This document shows positions 13,510 to 27,005 of a stretch of 64,000 bases of DNA, one piece after another. A program made the position numbers and the translations under genes. Origin of the DNA: Chiloscyllium plagiosum (lineage: Eukaryota). Where the stretch lies: NCBI RefSeq assembly GCF_004010195.1, contig NC_057719.1, positions 85,712,387-85,776,386 of the forward strand, written 5' to 3'. The notes beneath the pieces are model-generated. The model did no database searches, was not told the origin of the DNA, and was given only the letters and a program-made list of their open reading frames with translations. Every line of letters begins with the position of its first letter. Positions within the stretch are counted from its first letter, which is position 1.

Positions 13510-14877
13510 ATTGCTCACACATGAATATGGATATTGACCCACAGAGTTCAATCTGATTCTGGGACCTGCTTTCTGGAGGCCTGGTTTTGAAAACTCCTTA
13601 CCTGTCTCAACAGCTTGATAGCAAATGCATCTACATGGCGTATATGGGGGACTCTTATATTCTCCAACACCGTCACCATCTAACAATAGAAAGCTGACAA
13701 ATGGATTGATGTAAAATGATATTGTAATCTCCTGAAATAACAATATCTAGGACACTGGGAGATCAGTTTCTTAACTCTGTAACCCAAACCTGAATATTGT
13801 TTGACCTGATTTAGATACTGAATACAATGACGAAAATATGATATCAACATCCTGTGTTTGTATACAGTCTTTATCACAGAAAACTGCCCCAAGGAACTTC
13901 ACAGAAACTTTTTCAGAAGAAAAAGTGGAGGGAATAAAGATCAAAGACCAGAGCTTGGGAAGACAGCTAGATTTCCAGGACAGTCTTCAAGAAGGAGAGG
14001 AGATGGGTGCATTATGTTTCCTGGGTGGCTATCCTGCTGGCCACTTACAAGGGGCAAGGCAATAACAGTGTCGCCAATTTAAATTCATATATCACCTGTC
14101 AGATATAAGACACTTCATAGGATTGTTAAAAACAAATTTAAAATTGAATTGTTTGAGACTATATGAGGTGGTCAAAAGGTTTGGTCACTGGAGGAAACTT
14201 CAGAACATAGGACTTCAGTATCTGAAAGCACAGATGCTAATGATGGAGGGATGTGCAAGAGGCCAGAGTTAGTGGAGTATAGAGATCTCAGTTGGAATCT
14301 GCCACAGGTATATAAAAAAAGGCAAGGCTTTGGAGAAGATTGGAATCAAGTATGAATTTTACAATTGTGGTTTTGCCTAGCTAATGGGAGGCAATGGAAG
14401 GAAAACAAGATGTGAGCTGAGTTGTATCAATAGTTTCATATTTGTTTTTCAGCACGTTGAGGGCTGCAGGTATCCCGTTATAGCGACATCAAATTGCAGC
14501 TGAAGTATATAAAGTCTAAAGTACAACTGATGAGATAACAAAGCAAAGTAAAATCATAATTGGCTATCAGCAATAAGGGATTGGAGTCACTCCTGCATTT
14601 TATTGAAATAGTCCAGGGAGATCATGAGTACAGGGAGAAAGAAAATAACAAAATTGTATGCCACCACAAGATCAGTGTGACTCAAATTTCTAAAGCAGTG
14701 GGACATGTCTGAGGAATTCGAGAACAACCAGCTGAAGGGCTGAGGGACATAGTTGAATAAGAGCTTCCCAGCTACTTAAATATTGACAACTGAACTGGTG
14801 ATTCTGGGTTCCAACTATTCTTTCCCTGATCCAGATCTTCCTCAGGGCAGATCAGTAAGAGGTGTCTATAGTTAGAG

Positions 14878-15645
14878 TAAGAACACAGAACATAGAACCA
14901 TACAGCACAGTACAGGCCCTGCAGCCCTTGATGTTGTGCCAGTCTTTTATCCTACTCTAAGATCAGACTAACCTACATACCCTTCTTGTACTAGATTCCA
15001 TGTGCCTTTCCAAGAATCGCTTAAATGTCCCTAATGTGTCTGACTCTATTATGGCTGCCAACAGTGCATTCCAGGCACTCACCACTCTCCGTGTAAAGAA
15101 CCTACATCTGACATTTTCCTGAACTTTCCTCCAATTACCTTAAAATTATGCCTCCTTGTGGTAGACATTTCTGCCATGAGAAAAAGTCTCTGGCTATCCA
15201 CTCTATCTATGCCTCTCAACATCTTGTATACTCTATCAAGTCACCTCTCATCCTTCTTCACTGCAATGAGAAAAGCCCTAATTTCCTCAACCTTTCTTCA
15301 TAAGACATGCCCTCAGTAAATCTCCTCTCCTCTCTAAAGTTTCCACAGCTTCCCTGTAATGAAGCAACCAGAACTGAACACAATATTCCAAGTGCCATCT
15401 AACCAGGGCTCTATACAGCTGCACCATAACCTCACAGCTTTTAAACTCAATCCCACTGCTAATGAAAGCCAACACACCGTTTGCCTTCCTAACAACCCTA
15501 TCAACTTGGGTGGCAACTTTGAGGGATTGATGGACATGGACCCCAAGATCCCTCTTTTCCTCCATACTGCCAAGAATCCTGCCTTTAAACCTGTATTCTG
15601 CATTCAAATTTCCCTGTATCCCATGCCTTCTTACTTTCTGAATGA
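14878..15645 (-). mobile_element. CR1 LINE 3' fragment with internal deletions
   Basis: EKRDLGVHVHQSLKVATQVDRVVRKANG...LYRALVRWHLEYCVQFW; (TTCTATG)n-type tail. Confidence 0.88.
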
Positions 15646-15729
15646 GTAAGGCACACAAAATCTTGAAATCATTGATAACTTGAGAAAACAATCTGTTGAA
15701 TCTCTATTTGTTGGGTGTTTTGGGAGAGG

Positions 15730-16010
15730 GTAGTGCAGTTGGAATGTTGTTGGATAATCCAAAATCCCAATCTAATGATCTGGGCAATATGAGTTTAAAT
15801 GGATAAATTCAAATTCAATTTTTTTAAAAATTCTGGAATTAATTGTCATTAATTAGTATCTGAATCACTAATATTCTTCAGTGACAGAAATCTGCCATCC
15901 TTATCGAGTCTGTCTTAGGAGAGTCTACAGATTCACTGAAACACATTGCTTCTTAATTGACCTCTGAACTGGACTGAGCAAGAAACTCACTTCAGGGCAA
16001 TACATAATGG
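15730..16010 (+). mobile_element. Degenerate copy of the tRNA-derived SINE at 30062-30415
   Basis: Shared blocks AATTCAAATTCAAT, GAAATCTGCCATCCTTA, CTTAATTGACCTCTG, AGGGCAAT. Confidence 0.55.
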
Positions 16011-16029
16011 ACCTGTCTGTGCTATTTGT

Positions 16030-16350
16030 GAGCAGTAAAGCACCTTTAGAAGATGGTTGTGTTTTTGGAGATCAATGATCTCAGCTCCAGGCCATCTCTG
16101 CAAGAGTGCCTCAGAGCAGTGTCCTAAGCCCATTCATCTCCAGCTGCTTTGTTGATGATCTTCCCTTCATTAGGAGGTGAGAAGTGGGTAAGTTCACTGA
16201 TGTATGTACGATATTCAGAATCATTCCTGGCTCCTTGTACTAAAGCAGCCCATGTCCATATGTCGCAAGACCTGGTCAACATCCAGGTTTGGTTGCTCAG
16301 TGGCAAGTGACATTTGTTCTACAGAAATGCCAGGCAATGACCATCTCCAA
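16030..16350 (+). mobile_element. Old LINE family B RT fragment
   Basis: Remnant of GVPQGSVLGP..FSCFINDLP and KWQVTF; homologous to the reverse complement of 20130-20400. Confidence 0.65.
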
Positions 16351-17050
16351 AAATCTCCCCACTATTTCATTCAAACACTCTCTACTGGCTTAGTTATATG
16401 CATCAGCAGGACTCAGACCTCAGCACAGTTAAAGTGAAGATTAGTCCCAATAGTGTAACACACCCTTTCCCCAGTATTGGGGTCACCAATGAATCATTGC
16501 TTTGACATCAGGTAAAGTCCAACAGCAGTTCTCCTGCAATACTTACCAAGAAAATGATAAATACTGTTCTTGTACCATGAAATGACATTTAAGGAGGGAG
16601 AGTGTGCTGATTAACACAGACCACAGAATTTGTAAACCCTGCCTGTAAGTTCAAGCAAGGGTCAACTCGATGTAGTTGATTATGACATGATCAGGTTACA
16701 AATGTGTGAGGCTCTTATACAGATTTTCAGAAACTCTCATTGTATATAGTCACAAGCATTCCAAAGGCAGGGCTAATTTGAGTGACTATAAATGGGTGTT
16801 TAAAATTAAAGCTTCAACAATAATAACTTCAGATAATTACCAAGCACAATATTGTCTGTACCTTTCTAAATCTGCTTGAAGAATAAAGGACAAACCCTGT
16901 TCTGAGTGGTTTTCTTCACATAATCACATATTTAATTTCCTTTTCATTCATTCCTGGGATGAATACATCGCTGACAGGGATTGTCTTGTTTATTAGTTAT
17001 TCCTTATCCTCAACTGTCACTGATGGAGGGTGGGGGAAGGGGGGGCCAGG

Positions 17051-17785
17051 TGGAGAACTGAGTCGAAAGTGTGTGGTGCTGGAAAAGCACAGCAGGTCAT
17101 GCAGCATCCAAGGAGCAGGAGAATCGACCTTTAAGGAGCTCTTCATCAGGAATGAGGCTGGGACCCTTGGGGTAGAGAGATAAATGGGAGGGTGCTGGGG
17201 CTGGGAAGAAGGTAGCTGAGAGTGCAATAGGTGGATGGAGGTGGGGATGAAAGTGATAGGTCAGAGAGGAAGGTGGAGCGGATAGGTGGGAAGGAAGATT
17301 GGCAGGTAGGACAGGCCATGAGGGCGGTGCTGAGCTGGTAGGTTGGAACTGGGGTAAGGTGGAGATGGGGAAATGAGGAAACTGGTGAAGTCCACATTGA
17401 TGCCCTGGGGTTGAAGGCTTCTGAGACGGAAGATGAGGCATTCTTCCTCCAGGCGTCAGATGGTAAGGGAGTGGTGATAGAGGAGGCCCAGGACCTGCAT
17501 GTCCTCGGCAGAGTAGGAGGGGGAGTTGAAATGTTCGGCCAGGGGGCGGTGGGATTGATTGGTGCAGGTGTCCCAGAGATGTTCCCTGAAGAACTCTGTG
17601 AGAAGGCATCCAGTCTCCCCAATGTAGAGGAGACCGCATCAGCAGCAACAGATACAATAAATGACATTGTTGGATGTGCAGGTGAAATGTGGAAGGCTTC
17701 TTTGGGGCCTCAGACAGAGGTGAGGGGGCAGGTGTGGGCGCAGGTTTTGCAGTATCTGCGGTGGCAGAAGAAGGTGCCAGGAACT
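17051..17785 (-). mobile_element. Penelope-like (Neptune-type) element 3' fragment: Cys-rich linker, GIY-YIG, 3'UTR, hammerhead-type terminal repeat
   Basis: Minus strand: YCKTCAH...FTCTSNNVIYCICCC*CGLLYIGETG...FREHL; terminus matches the 38717-38844 mini-element. Confidence 0.85.
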
Positions 17786-17849
17786 GGTGGAGAGCTGCCT
17801 TCTTCATGCTGTAGTTGATGTGGCATAAATAACCCAGGGTGCAGTTGAG

Positions 17850-18225
17850 GAGTGAGTTTTCTGACTCGGAACTAGCAGTACTGAAGGAACAGTGAACGGG
17901 AAAGTGTGGTGTTGAGGGGAACTTGCAAGTGATGGTGTTCGAATGTGTCTGAAGATCATGTTCATCTCTATGGTAGAGGAATTTCGAAGATGCAGAGTTG
18001 TGTTGAGATGCTACAGTGCATCTTGTAGATGGTACACACCCCTACAACTGTACTGTGTTTGGGAGGGTATTGAGTGCTGAGGAGCCATACGGGACTGAAC
18101 AAATGGGTATCTTTCTCCTGGAGCGGGTTGAGCTTTTGAGTGTTGCATCTTCACTCAAACAGAATGCAGAGTATTTCAATATACTTGTGACTAGTGCTTT
18201 TTGGATGATGGAAAAGCTTTGGGCA
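17850..18225 (-). mobile_element. Old LINE family B 3' fragment
   Basis: Degenerate similarity to 19540-19940. Confidence 0.55.
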
Positions 18226-19371
18226 AACGACAGTCACCCAAGGCTGGAATCAAGCCCAGGTCCCTCACACTATCAGGCAGCAGTGTTAACCAGAGCCACC
18301 AGAATTGCATTCATGTGAATTCTCATACTTGTAGAGATAGCTGGGGAATGGGAGCCTCAATTAACTGCTCTGTTTAAATGCCCGAGTTCAGAGACGAGAG
18401 GAAACAGGGACATAATAGGCTAAGGGCAGAGGGTATAACAGATTCTAGCATTCAGTGTGCAACAGACTGATGATGAATGTGTTCAATTGTATCAGAGAGG
18501 CAAACCCTGCTCCTGATCTCAAAGTTACCTGAGAACAAGGATTTATATTTGTTAACCCTCAGGTTAGTACCACCTGCTTAGATATTAACAGAAACAGTAT
18601 CAGTTTAACTTACAATATTATCCTCTTTTCCTGTTTTAATTTAGAATCTAGATCCCACATTTTGATTCAAAGTGTCTCGCAAAGTGTTTAGGAGGTCCCC
18701 TACATTGCTACAACAACAGATACTGCCAAATGGTAGCTGGCTGTTTTCGTAGTGAGTGTCCCTACACAGAGCACTCAAAATCAATGCGAATATCATGTTT
18801 ACTCCCAAGTCATTGGTGTTTTGCACAAAGACATCATTTCACAACACGGTAATATTTGTTTCTAAATAGTATGCACTAAATCTCTTCTTACTTTTCCTGT
18901 TATAGACCAACGACATGGAAAGTTTATAAGGCTGTCAGCCTGGTGAGCAGGCTAAACTGACCTCAATTTTCCTGCGCTAAATTTAGATGAGAATCCTGCT
19001 GTTTGTTACTATCCTGTGGCCCCGGCTGTGGAGGTCAAAGAGGAGTAGGAGGACATGAGACCATGGGGCAAGCTGTGCTTGGACATCCTGCTCATACTTT
19101 CTACCTTGGCAAACATGGAATGATGATATATCAAGTATTGGGAAGTTAAGCAGTACAAGGAACTGTGTTCCAAGCTCAGCTCAAATATACTTAGCAAACT
19201 GAGAGCATAAAAGATGTATACTTTGCACGATGAATCTTGACGGCAAACTGTGAGGAGCCAGGAAACTTTCTCCTTTGACATTCTGCTCAACGTTTGTTCT
19301 GTATTCATTGCAGTGAACTCTTTCACCTTTCTCTCTATAGGAGTTATAAATGGGCTACCCAGCCCTAGCCT

Positions 19372-21310
19372 CTTTCTCTTACTAATTTCTGGGATGTGGG
19401 TGTGCTGGCTGGGCCAACATTTATTGCCTGTCCCACTTGCCCTTGAGAAGGTGGTAGTGAGCTGCCTTCTTGAACTGCAGCAGTCCACCTGCTGTGGGTG
19501 GACCCACAATGCCATTGGCGAGGGAATTCCAGGATGTCGACCCAGTGACAGTGAAGGAACGCTGATATATTCCCAAGCCAAGACGGTGAGTGGCTTGGAC
19601 AAGAACTTAAAGATGGTGATGTTCCCATGTATCTGCTGCCCTTGTCCTTCTAGATGCAAGTGGTCTTGGGTTTGGAAGGTGCTGTCTGAGGATCTTTGGT
19701 GAATTTCTGCAGTGCCTTTTGGAGATAGTACACACTGCTGTGACTGAGCATTGGTTCTAGACAGAGTGGATGTTTGTGGATGTGGTACTAATCAAGTGGC
19801 ATCAAGTGGAAATCACTTTTTCCTGGATGGTGTCAAGCTTTTTGAGTGTTGTTGGAGCTGCACTCATCCAGGCGAGTGGGAAGTATTCCATTAGATGCCT
19901 GACTTGTGCCTTGCAGATGGTGTACAGGTTTTGGGGAGTCAGGAGGTGAGTTACTGCAATAATGGAGCCTCTGATCTGCTCTTGTAGCCACTGTGTTTAT
20001 GTGGTGAGGCCAGCTGAGTTCCTGGTCAATGATAATCCCCATGATGATGATACTGAGGGATTCAGTGATGCAGTAATAACATCATTGAATGTCAAGGAAT
20101 GGTGATTAGGTTTTCTGCTATTGGTAATGGTCATAGACCGGCATTTGTGTGAGCTGAATGTTACTTGCCACTTGTCAGCTGAAGGCTGGATATTGAATAG
20201 ATCCTGTTGCATTTGAACATGGACTGCTTCAGTGTCTGAGAAGTCGTCAATGGTGCTAAACATGGTGCAAACATCCCACTTCTGACCTTATGATGGAGGA
20301 GTGGTCATTGATGAAGCAACTGAAGATGGTTGGGCCTCGAGGAACTACTGCAGGGTTAGCCTGGAACTGAGATGACTGACCTCCAACAACCACAACAATC
20401 TTCCTACACATCAGGTATGACTCCAGTGACCAGAGAGTTTGTCTCCTGGTGCACGTTGATTCCACTTTTGCAAGGGCACCTTGATGCCACACTCAGTCAA
20501 ATGCAGCTCTTTTGTCAATGTTTGAACCAAGGCTGTCATGAAGTCAGGAGGTGAGTGGCCCTCATGGAACCCAGACTGGGCATCACTGAGCAGGTTATTG
20601 CTGAGCAGGTGCTGCTTGATAGCACTGCTGATGACACTATCGATAGCACCATTGCATCAATTTACTGATGATCAAGAGTAGACTGATGGGAATGGTAATT
20701 GGTTGGGTTGGATTTGTCCAGCTTTTTATAAACAGGACATACCTGGACAATTTTCCACATTGTTGGATAAAAGCCAGTGTTGTAGCTATACTGGAACAGG
20801 TTGGCTAAGGCAGAAGCTAGTTCTGGAGCACTAATCTTCAGTCCTATCACTGTAATGTTTTCAGGGTCTATAGACTTTGCAATATTCAGGGTCTCCAATC
20901 CTTTCTCGATATCACATGGAGTGAATCGAATTGACTGAAGACTGGTATCTGTGATGCTGGAGACCACTGAAGGACGTCAAGATGGATAATCTACTCAGCA
21001 CTTCTGGCTGAAGATCACTGCAAATGCTTCAGCCTTATCCTTTGCACTGACGTGGGACTTTTCCATCATTGAGGATGGGAATATTTGTGGAGACTCCTCC
21101 TTCTCCAGTGAGTTGTTTAATTATCCACCACCATTCAAGACTAGATAGGACAGAACTGCAGAGATTAAATCTGATTGATTGGCTGTGGGATCATCTTAGC
21201 CCTGTCTATCACTTGCTGCTAATGTTGTTTGGCATGCAAGTAGTCCTGTTTGGTGGCTTCGCCAGGTTGGCACCTCATCTTCAGATATGCCTGGTACTGC
21301 TCCTGTTATC
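19372..21310 (-). mobile_element. CR1/L2-group LINE family B, ~1.9 kb with RT domain and 3' tail, degenerate
   Basis: PTMWKIVQVCPVYKKLDKSNPTNY, WHQGALAK, GPTIFSCFIND, ADKWQVTF; tail GGGCAAGTGGGACAGGCAATAAATGTTGGCCCAGCC. Confidence 0.88.
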
Positions 21311-21439
21311 GTATCCTGCACTCTTGTCGCTAATAAAAAGGAACAGAGGTGAGAGCATATGGGGGACTGGCCTGATCCTTCACTTTCAAGTTTCAAGGCA
21401 CCCCCACCTTGAAAGCATTTTTCACTAGCTAAATTTTGA

Positions 21440-21557
21440 GTGTGTGTGTGTGTGTTTATCGTGCAGTGGGATCACCTGTCATGTGACATGAACCCAAGTC
21501 TCTCTCTCTCTCTCCCTCTCTCTCTCCCCCCTCCCCCTCCCCCTCTCTCCTCTCCTC
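21440..21557. repeat. (TG)n and (CT)n/C-rich microsatellites
   Basis: Direct reading. Confidence 0.85.
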
Positions 21558-21871
21558 TGGCTTGCTAGCTCAGATCCTGAAGCAAATGTTAATTGTTTGG
21601 CCAAGGCTTGGTTTTGCTTTTGGGTTTATCTGTGCGTTGGCCTGGAGTCCCTCTGTTGTCCTAAATGAGGCTATGCCATTGCCTTTAACTCAAGTGGTAT
21701 TCCCCAGGTTCAGTCAGACTGCTGGGGGTGTCCATTTCCATCGGAATACCCTGCAATCCCTGTGCTCCACTTGCCACCTTTTTCAATGAAAAAGCCAGTG
21801 CCTGTTTGAAATCCAGGCACTTTTGCAAGATTACATCATTAGTCCCACGCTCATCACCACTGAAATAACTC
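21558..21871 (-). mobile_element. 314-bp duplicate of 23026-23339 (LTR end, PBS-like site, gag remnant)
   Basis: Colinear, about 10 substitutions counted by eye. Confidence 0.9.
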
Positions 21872-21931
21872 CTTAAAACCTACCTCGGTGATCAAGCCTT
21901 TCCTCACTAGTCCTCATAGTTTTCTCATATA

Positions 21932-22038
21932 AAAATGAAAACAAAAAGTGCTGGAGAAACTTAATAAGTCTGGAAGCATCTGTGGGGCAAGACAAACAGT
22001 GTTAATGCTTCAAGTCCGACATGACTCTTGTTTGGAAG
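21932..22038 (-). mobile_element. Degenerate short element of a third hammerhead-type terminal-repeat family
   Basis: Reverse complement resembles 53776-53870 (GAGTC...GGACT.GAA...TTAAC...TGC...GAGTTTCTCCA.CAC). Confidence 0.5.
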
Positions 22039-22129
22039 TCAGTATCTTTTTACACTGTTTGGTGTCAAATTTTGTTTATTAACATTTTTTTGCGAGGCGT
22101 CTTCAGGATAGGTTCCAAAAGAGAGAAAG

Positions 22130-22545
22130 AATTGGATTCACAGCTCAACTTTCACAGCCTCGGGCCATTCTAAAATGATTTACAGTCTGTAAAAGTGTTT
22201 CTGAAGTTTGGCAATCGACGTTGGGTATGAATTGCAGTTCACGTAGAGCCAGGATCCATAAACAGCAACACAGTCATGACAGAATCACATGGCAGTGTCA
22301 ATTGCTGGGCAACTATTGGTCAGCACACCTGAGAGAACTCTTCAGCGGTGACACGGGATCACTTATATTCATCTGGGAGAGCAGACCATCCTAATCTCAT
22401 CTGATGGATGGAGTCCTTGAGTGTGTGGCAATGCCTCTGTGCTACATTGGAAGGCCAAGCTTGCTTTGAGTTCCCATCCCTGGAAAATAACCTTGAAGTC
22501 ACAATGCACAGACCCAGAAGTGAGAAAACTCCCGACTGAGTCATG
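22130..22545 (-). mobile_element. Ancient SINE, possibly Deu-type
   Basis: Degenerate similarity to 10160-10335 and the fragments at 34400-35450. Confidence 0.45.
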
Positions 22546-22839
22546 GTTCAGAAAGAGGGGGTTAGCAGTCTTTAACGATGCTGTCTAGACTCTGCTAAAA
22601 GTGACAAAGCTTAGGTGAGGATACTCTTTCAGCAGGAGCTAATTGCCCCTACAGGGCACTCAAATGAAATCGAAACTTCAAAGCAATTATCAACTTTACA
22701 TCAAAGTATCATTTTGGGTGATGACACTGTGCCCCAGATCCAAGTGATCCCAGACAGTCTGAGCATGCTAGTGGGCAATGTGTGATTCCACAAAATGTGT
22801 GCAATGGTCTTGTACAATTTTAAGAGTTGGAGTCCCCAA

Positions 22840-23564
22840 TGTGGATTTATTTTGATGGGTCCTTAGTTGGACGTTGCTAAACAATTTAATTGCTCCAAAC
22901 CAGACATAGGCAGACTTTCTAGGGTGTGTACTTTCCTGGATACTGGCCTATGAGTTTTCTCACTCCATTTAGTTCCAGTGGGGCTATTTTGCTGCCTCAA
23001 GTCCACATTACAGCAGCAACTACAATGGCTTGCTAGCTCAGATCCTGAAGCAAATGTTAATTGTTTGGCCAAGGCTTGGTTTTGCTTTTGGGTTTATCTG
23101 TGAATTGGCCTGGAGTCCCTCTGTTGTCCCAAGTGAGGCTATGCCATTGCCTTTAACTCAAGTGGTATTCCCCAGGTTCAGTCAGACTGCTGAGGGTGTC
23201 CATTTCCATCGGAATACCCTGCAATCCCTGTGCTCCACTTGCCACCTTTTCCAATGAAAAAGCCAGTGCCTGTTTGAAATCCAGGTGCTTTTGAAAGATT
23301 ACATCATTAATCCCACGCTCATCACCACTGAAATAACTCGAAAGAGGCTGGTTTCTCGTCACCAAGTCTCCCCTTCTTTACACAAGGAGAGTCCTTGACA
23401 CTGATCCAGCTTTCTCAGAGCCAGCTGTCAGGGTCAACAGAATCTCTGACACTCCTGTATATCTCTGTCAGCTAGGGCTCCCTGATTGGACCAGATTGAC
23501 AGCCCCATTCAGGGAATTCATATTCGATGAGGTCCACCTGTTTGACTTTATTCCAATCACTGCA
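22840..23564 (-). mobile_element. Gypsy-like LTR retrotransposon 5' fragment: 236-bp LTR (23329-23564), PBS-like TGGTGATGAG, internally deleted gag
   Basis: Minus-strand LTR TGCAGTGA...TATTTCA with CCAATCAGGG; followed by GINDVIFQKHLDFKQALAFSLEKVASGAQGLQG; same LTR family as 30904-33561. Confidence 0.75.
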
Positions 23565-25179
23565 AGTTCCAAATGTCTACCACTGTTTGTGTGCCCTCCC
23601 TGTAAAGTTATTTTTTTGTTTGAAGATCTCAGGGCCTCTCTTTGATAGTGTGGCCATACAACCAGGCTCCTCACAATTTGTCAACAGTCAAACAATAAAG
23701 GACACTGAGCCTGTTAATCAGTCAGGGTGGGTCCAGTGACTGAAACCTGCTGTTCAGAAATCAAATGTCTCTCTCCTACTTGCCCTCTTCTCTATCTAGC
23801 ACTCCAGAAGGTGAACCACTCCTCTACACCCAGAACCAACCACTGGGAAACCGTTCTCTCTGCTTCTACACAGACACAGCACAGACAAAAATCTCATCTC
23901 TGTGCTGAGAGGAGAACTCGAATTTTAAAATTAAGGCTTTGTTTAACCTGGAGTCAATTTAGTTTAGTATGTTAGGGGAAACAAGAGTTGCTGCTTGTTA
24001 AAACATGGGCAGTGAAGCTTTGAAATGCCTCAAGTTTATAGATGATAGGATGCAAGACTAGCTAGAAACATGTTGGGGTAGCACAGTGTGGAGGGAGAGA
24101 ATGCACTAACAAAGGTCCAAGTGGCAGTTGAGCTGAGTTGTGGTAAAGTCTGTGAATGTTACAAAGATGGAGGTGGGTGATCTTTATTGGTGACATAACT
24201 GTGAGCAATGTAGGAATTTCTAAGTTGTTCTGGATCATTCTGTGCTCCTGTCTCTTGTGCTCTCAAGCATCGGTCTCAAACAGAGGAAATTGATATTTTG
24301 AACATTTGAATGAATCACCTAGCAATGAAGGCTTTTGCTCAAAAGACATTGGAGGGCTGCTGTGTGCAGAAGCATGGAACCCTGGCATGAGGAAATTTTG
24401 CAAACATTCAGAGTCACACTGTTAGGAGAGGTGGCCCAATTCCAAAATGACTCTCAAACCTGACAGCCTTTCTCAAACTTAATTTATCAGACTTTTAAAA
24501 TCATTTTTTAAAAAATTGTTCAACATCTTAAATGTATCTTCACACTTTTTAATGTTTCTTCCAACGTTTACAATGTTGAAGTATAAATGACTGACACAAT
24601 TAATTAGACTTATTAGATATTTAAACATACATTATTTTAATATGCTTCATGTGCCTTTTGAAATGTTACAATGCATGTCTTCTTATGTGATTCTGATCAT
24701 TTTTTAAAACTATGAATCTGCTTGGATAGCTTCCACAGCAGCTTACTTTTGACAAATGGTGTTGAGGTAACTTTTACCCACTACACCATGTAAGCCATAC
24801 TTGACATCCACACTAGAGGATGCTGTAGTGCCATGCTGAGGCCAACACTTGTGCCAGGAATTGCCAGGAAATTGAACTTTTCTCCAGACAGTTTTCCTAC
24901 CACAGAACCCTCTGCAAGTCTCCATAAAAATCAAAGACATCAGATGGTTCTGATGAAATCAAGTAGAATAGTTACTCAACAAAAGTCAGACTATTAAATA
25001 CGTTGATTAACACCTCAGCAACTATTAAACGACAACTGTAATTAAATCACACACTCCCACTTACACCACCGTCACCATTAGACTTGTTCCCCATTCTAAT
25101 CCCACCCCACCCAACAAACCCCCTGAATTCCAGACCCAAACCCCCAAACCTGCCATGCAAAACCTCACAAGTGATCTGG

Positions 25180-25360
25180 GACCACAATTCTTCTCAATCC
25201 TCTGGGTATCAGCCTAATCTTCTCAAATCCTCAAATCCACTAGGGACCCAGGACTAATCCTCTTGAATTCTCTGAGACACCATGCTAATCCTCTCTAATA
25301 CTCCGGGAGCCCTGGCTAATCTTCTTGAATCCACTGAGACCTGAGCCTAATTCCCCCGAA
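25180..25360. repeat. Degenerate ~31-bp minisatellite, about 5-6 units
   Basis: Recurring CTAATC(C/T)TCTTGAAT...GAGAC/GGGA. Confidence 0.65.
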
Positions 25361-25379
25361 AATCTGGCTCATTGTTTTT

Positions 25380-26350
25380 TCAAGATGGATAATCTGTAGG
25401 CCACTTTAAACCCACTCTGTGTTCTGAGGGCTTCAGCCTTCTAAAATATATATCAGAGTTGGAAGGAGGTACTGAAGACGTGATTACTAAAATAGGTAGA
25501 AAAATTAGTTGTAAGGAGAACATTGGAGGCTATGAAAAGGATATAGGATTGATTAAGTGAGTAGGCAGAGATCTGGCTCGTGGAGTTTAAAGCATGGAAA
25601 TGTGAAAGGGTCAATTTTGGCACTAAGAATAAAAAGCAAGGATATTATCCAAATGGTGAGAGATTTCAGAGTTGCCAAGGAATTGGTGTATCCTGGTGCA
25701 AGAATCACAAACATTTATTCTGCAGGTCCAGCAAGTAATTAGGAAAGCTAGCAGAATGTTATTATTTATTACGAGGTTAATTGGATGCAAAAATTGGGAA
25801 TATACGTGTCAGTTTTCCAGGGCACTGGTGAGATCACATCTAAGCACAGATCTCATTGTTTAAGAGAAGATATGAATGTGTTTGAAGCAGCTCAGAGAAG
25901 GTTAATACACCTATACCTGGAAAAATGGGGTTGTCTTCTAAGAAATGATTGTGTATGGATAACTTGGCTCTACTGGAGTTTTCAAAAAGAAGAGGCATCT
26001 TAATAGAAGTACAAAATCCTGAGACGTTTTGACAGAGTTGATGTGGAAAGGATCTTGCCTCTTGCTGGAGAATCTAGAACTAGGGTTCACCATGTAAAAA
26101 TAAGGGGCTACCTATTTAAGGCAGAAATGAGAATTTCTTTTTCCTGAGTAACACGAATCTTTGGCAATCTATTCCTCAAAAGATAGTGGAGGTGGAGTTT
26201 TTGAATGGATTTAAGGCACCAGTGAATAAATTGGCTAAGGAAAGGTTTTAAAGGTTAGTGGAGGTAAGTGGAAATGTGGAGTTCAGATTACAGTCAGATA
26301 AGTCATGATCTTATTATTACATGGTTGAGCAAACTTGAGAGACTACTGAT
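25380..26350 (+). mobile_element. Old CR1 LINE 3' ~1 kb
   Basis: LQVQQVIRKASRML...RALVRSHL; ESRTR.H and 3'UTR remnants. Confidence 0.8.
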
Positions 26351-26544
26351 GTCCTTAAATTGTATGTTCGTATGACTAACCTCTTTTCAACTCATCTGCT
26401 GCAGAAATCCTTAAACTTTGAAGAGACCTTACTTATCTCTAGATTTGAATATTTCAATACTCTATTGGGTGACCTCGCATTTTCATCTTGTACAAACTCA
26501 AGCTGTTCCAAAACTCTGCTGCCCATATATTGTCCTATTCAGTT

Positions 26545-26781
26545 AGGAGGAAGTGAGAACTGCAGATGCTGGAGATCAGATTCAAGAGTGTGGTGCTAGA
26601 AAAGTACAACAGGTCAGGCAGCATCTAAGGAGCAGGAGAATCGATGATATGGGCATAAACCTTTCATCAGGAATGATTATGTGGCCGCCTCATTCCCGAT
26701 GAAGGGCTGATGCCCAAAAAGTCAGTTCGCCCGCTCTTCGGTTGCTGCCTGACTTGCTGTGCTTTTCTAGCGCCACCCTCT
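26545..26781. mobile_element. Inverted pair of Penelope-derived mini-elements forming a ~200-bp imperfect palindrome
   Basis: Left arm 26585-26676 is the reverse complement of right arm 26690-26781; 13-nt spacer. Confidence 0.85.
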
Positions 26782-27005
26782 CAACATTGTCCTATTCACT
26801 TGTTAACCTTAGGTTGGCTCACAGTCCAGCAACACCTCAACTTGAAAATGACCATCTTTTGTCACATCCATCCCTGGGTGTTGCTCTTCCTGATTCCTGA
26901 ACCTTTCCTTAGCACTACAATAAAGGTTCTCAATAAACTGGATCAGGAAACATTCCAGTAGGAACTGTGCAGACTTTGTTCCCCTGTAATGGCTGGATAG
27001 GATTT

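Noticed and set aside
17097..17807. 236-aa Pro/His-rich ORF
   Set aside because: Off-frame reading of a Penelope-like fragment; the real GIY-YIG frame has stops.
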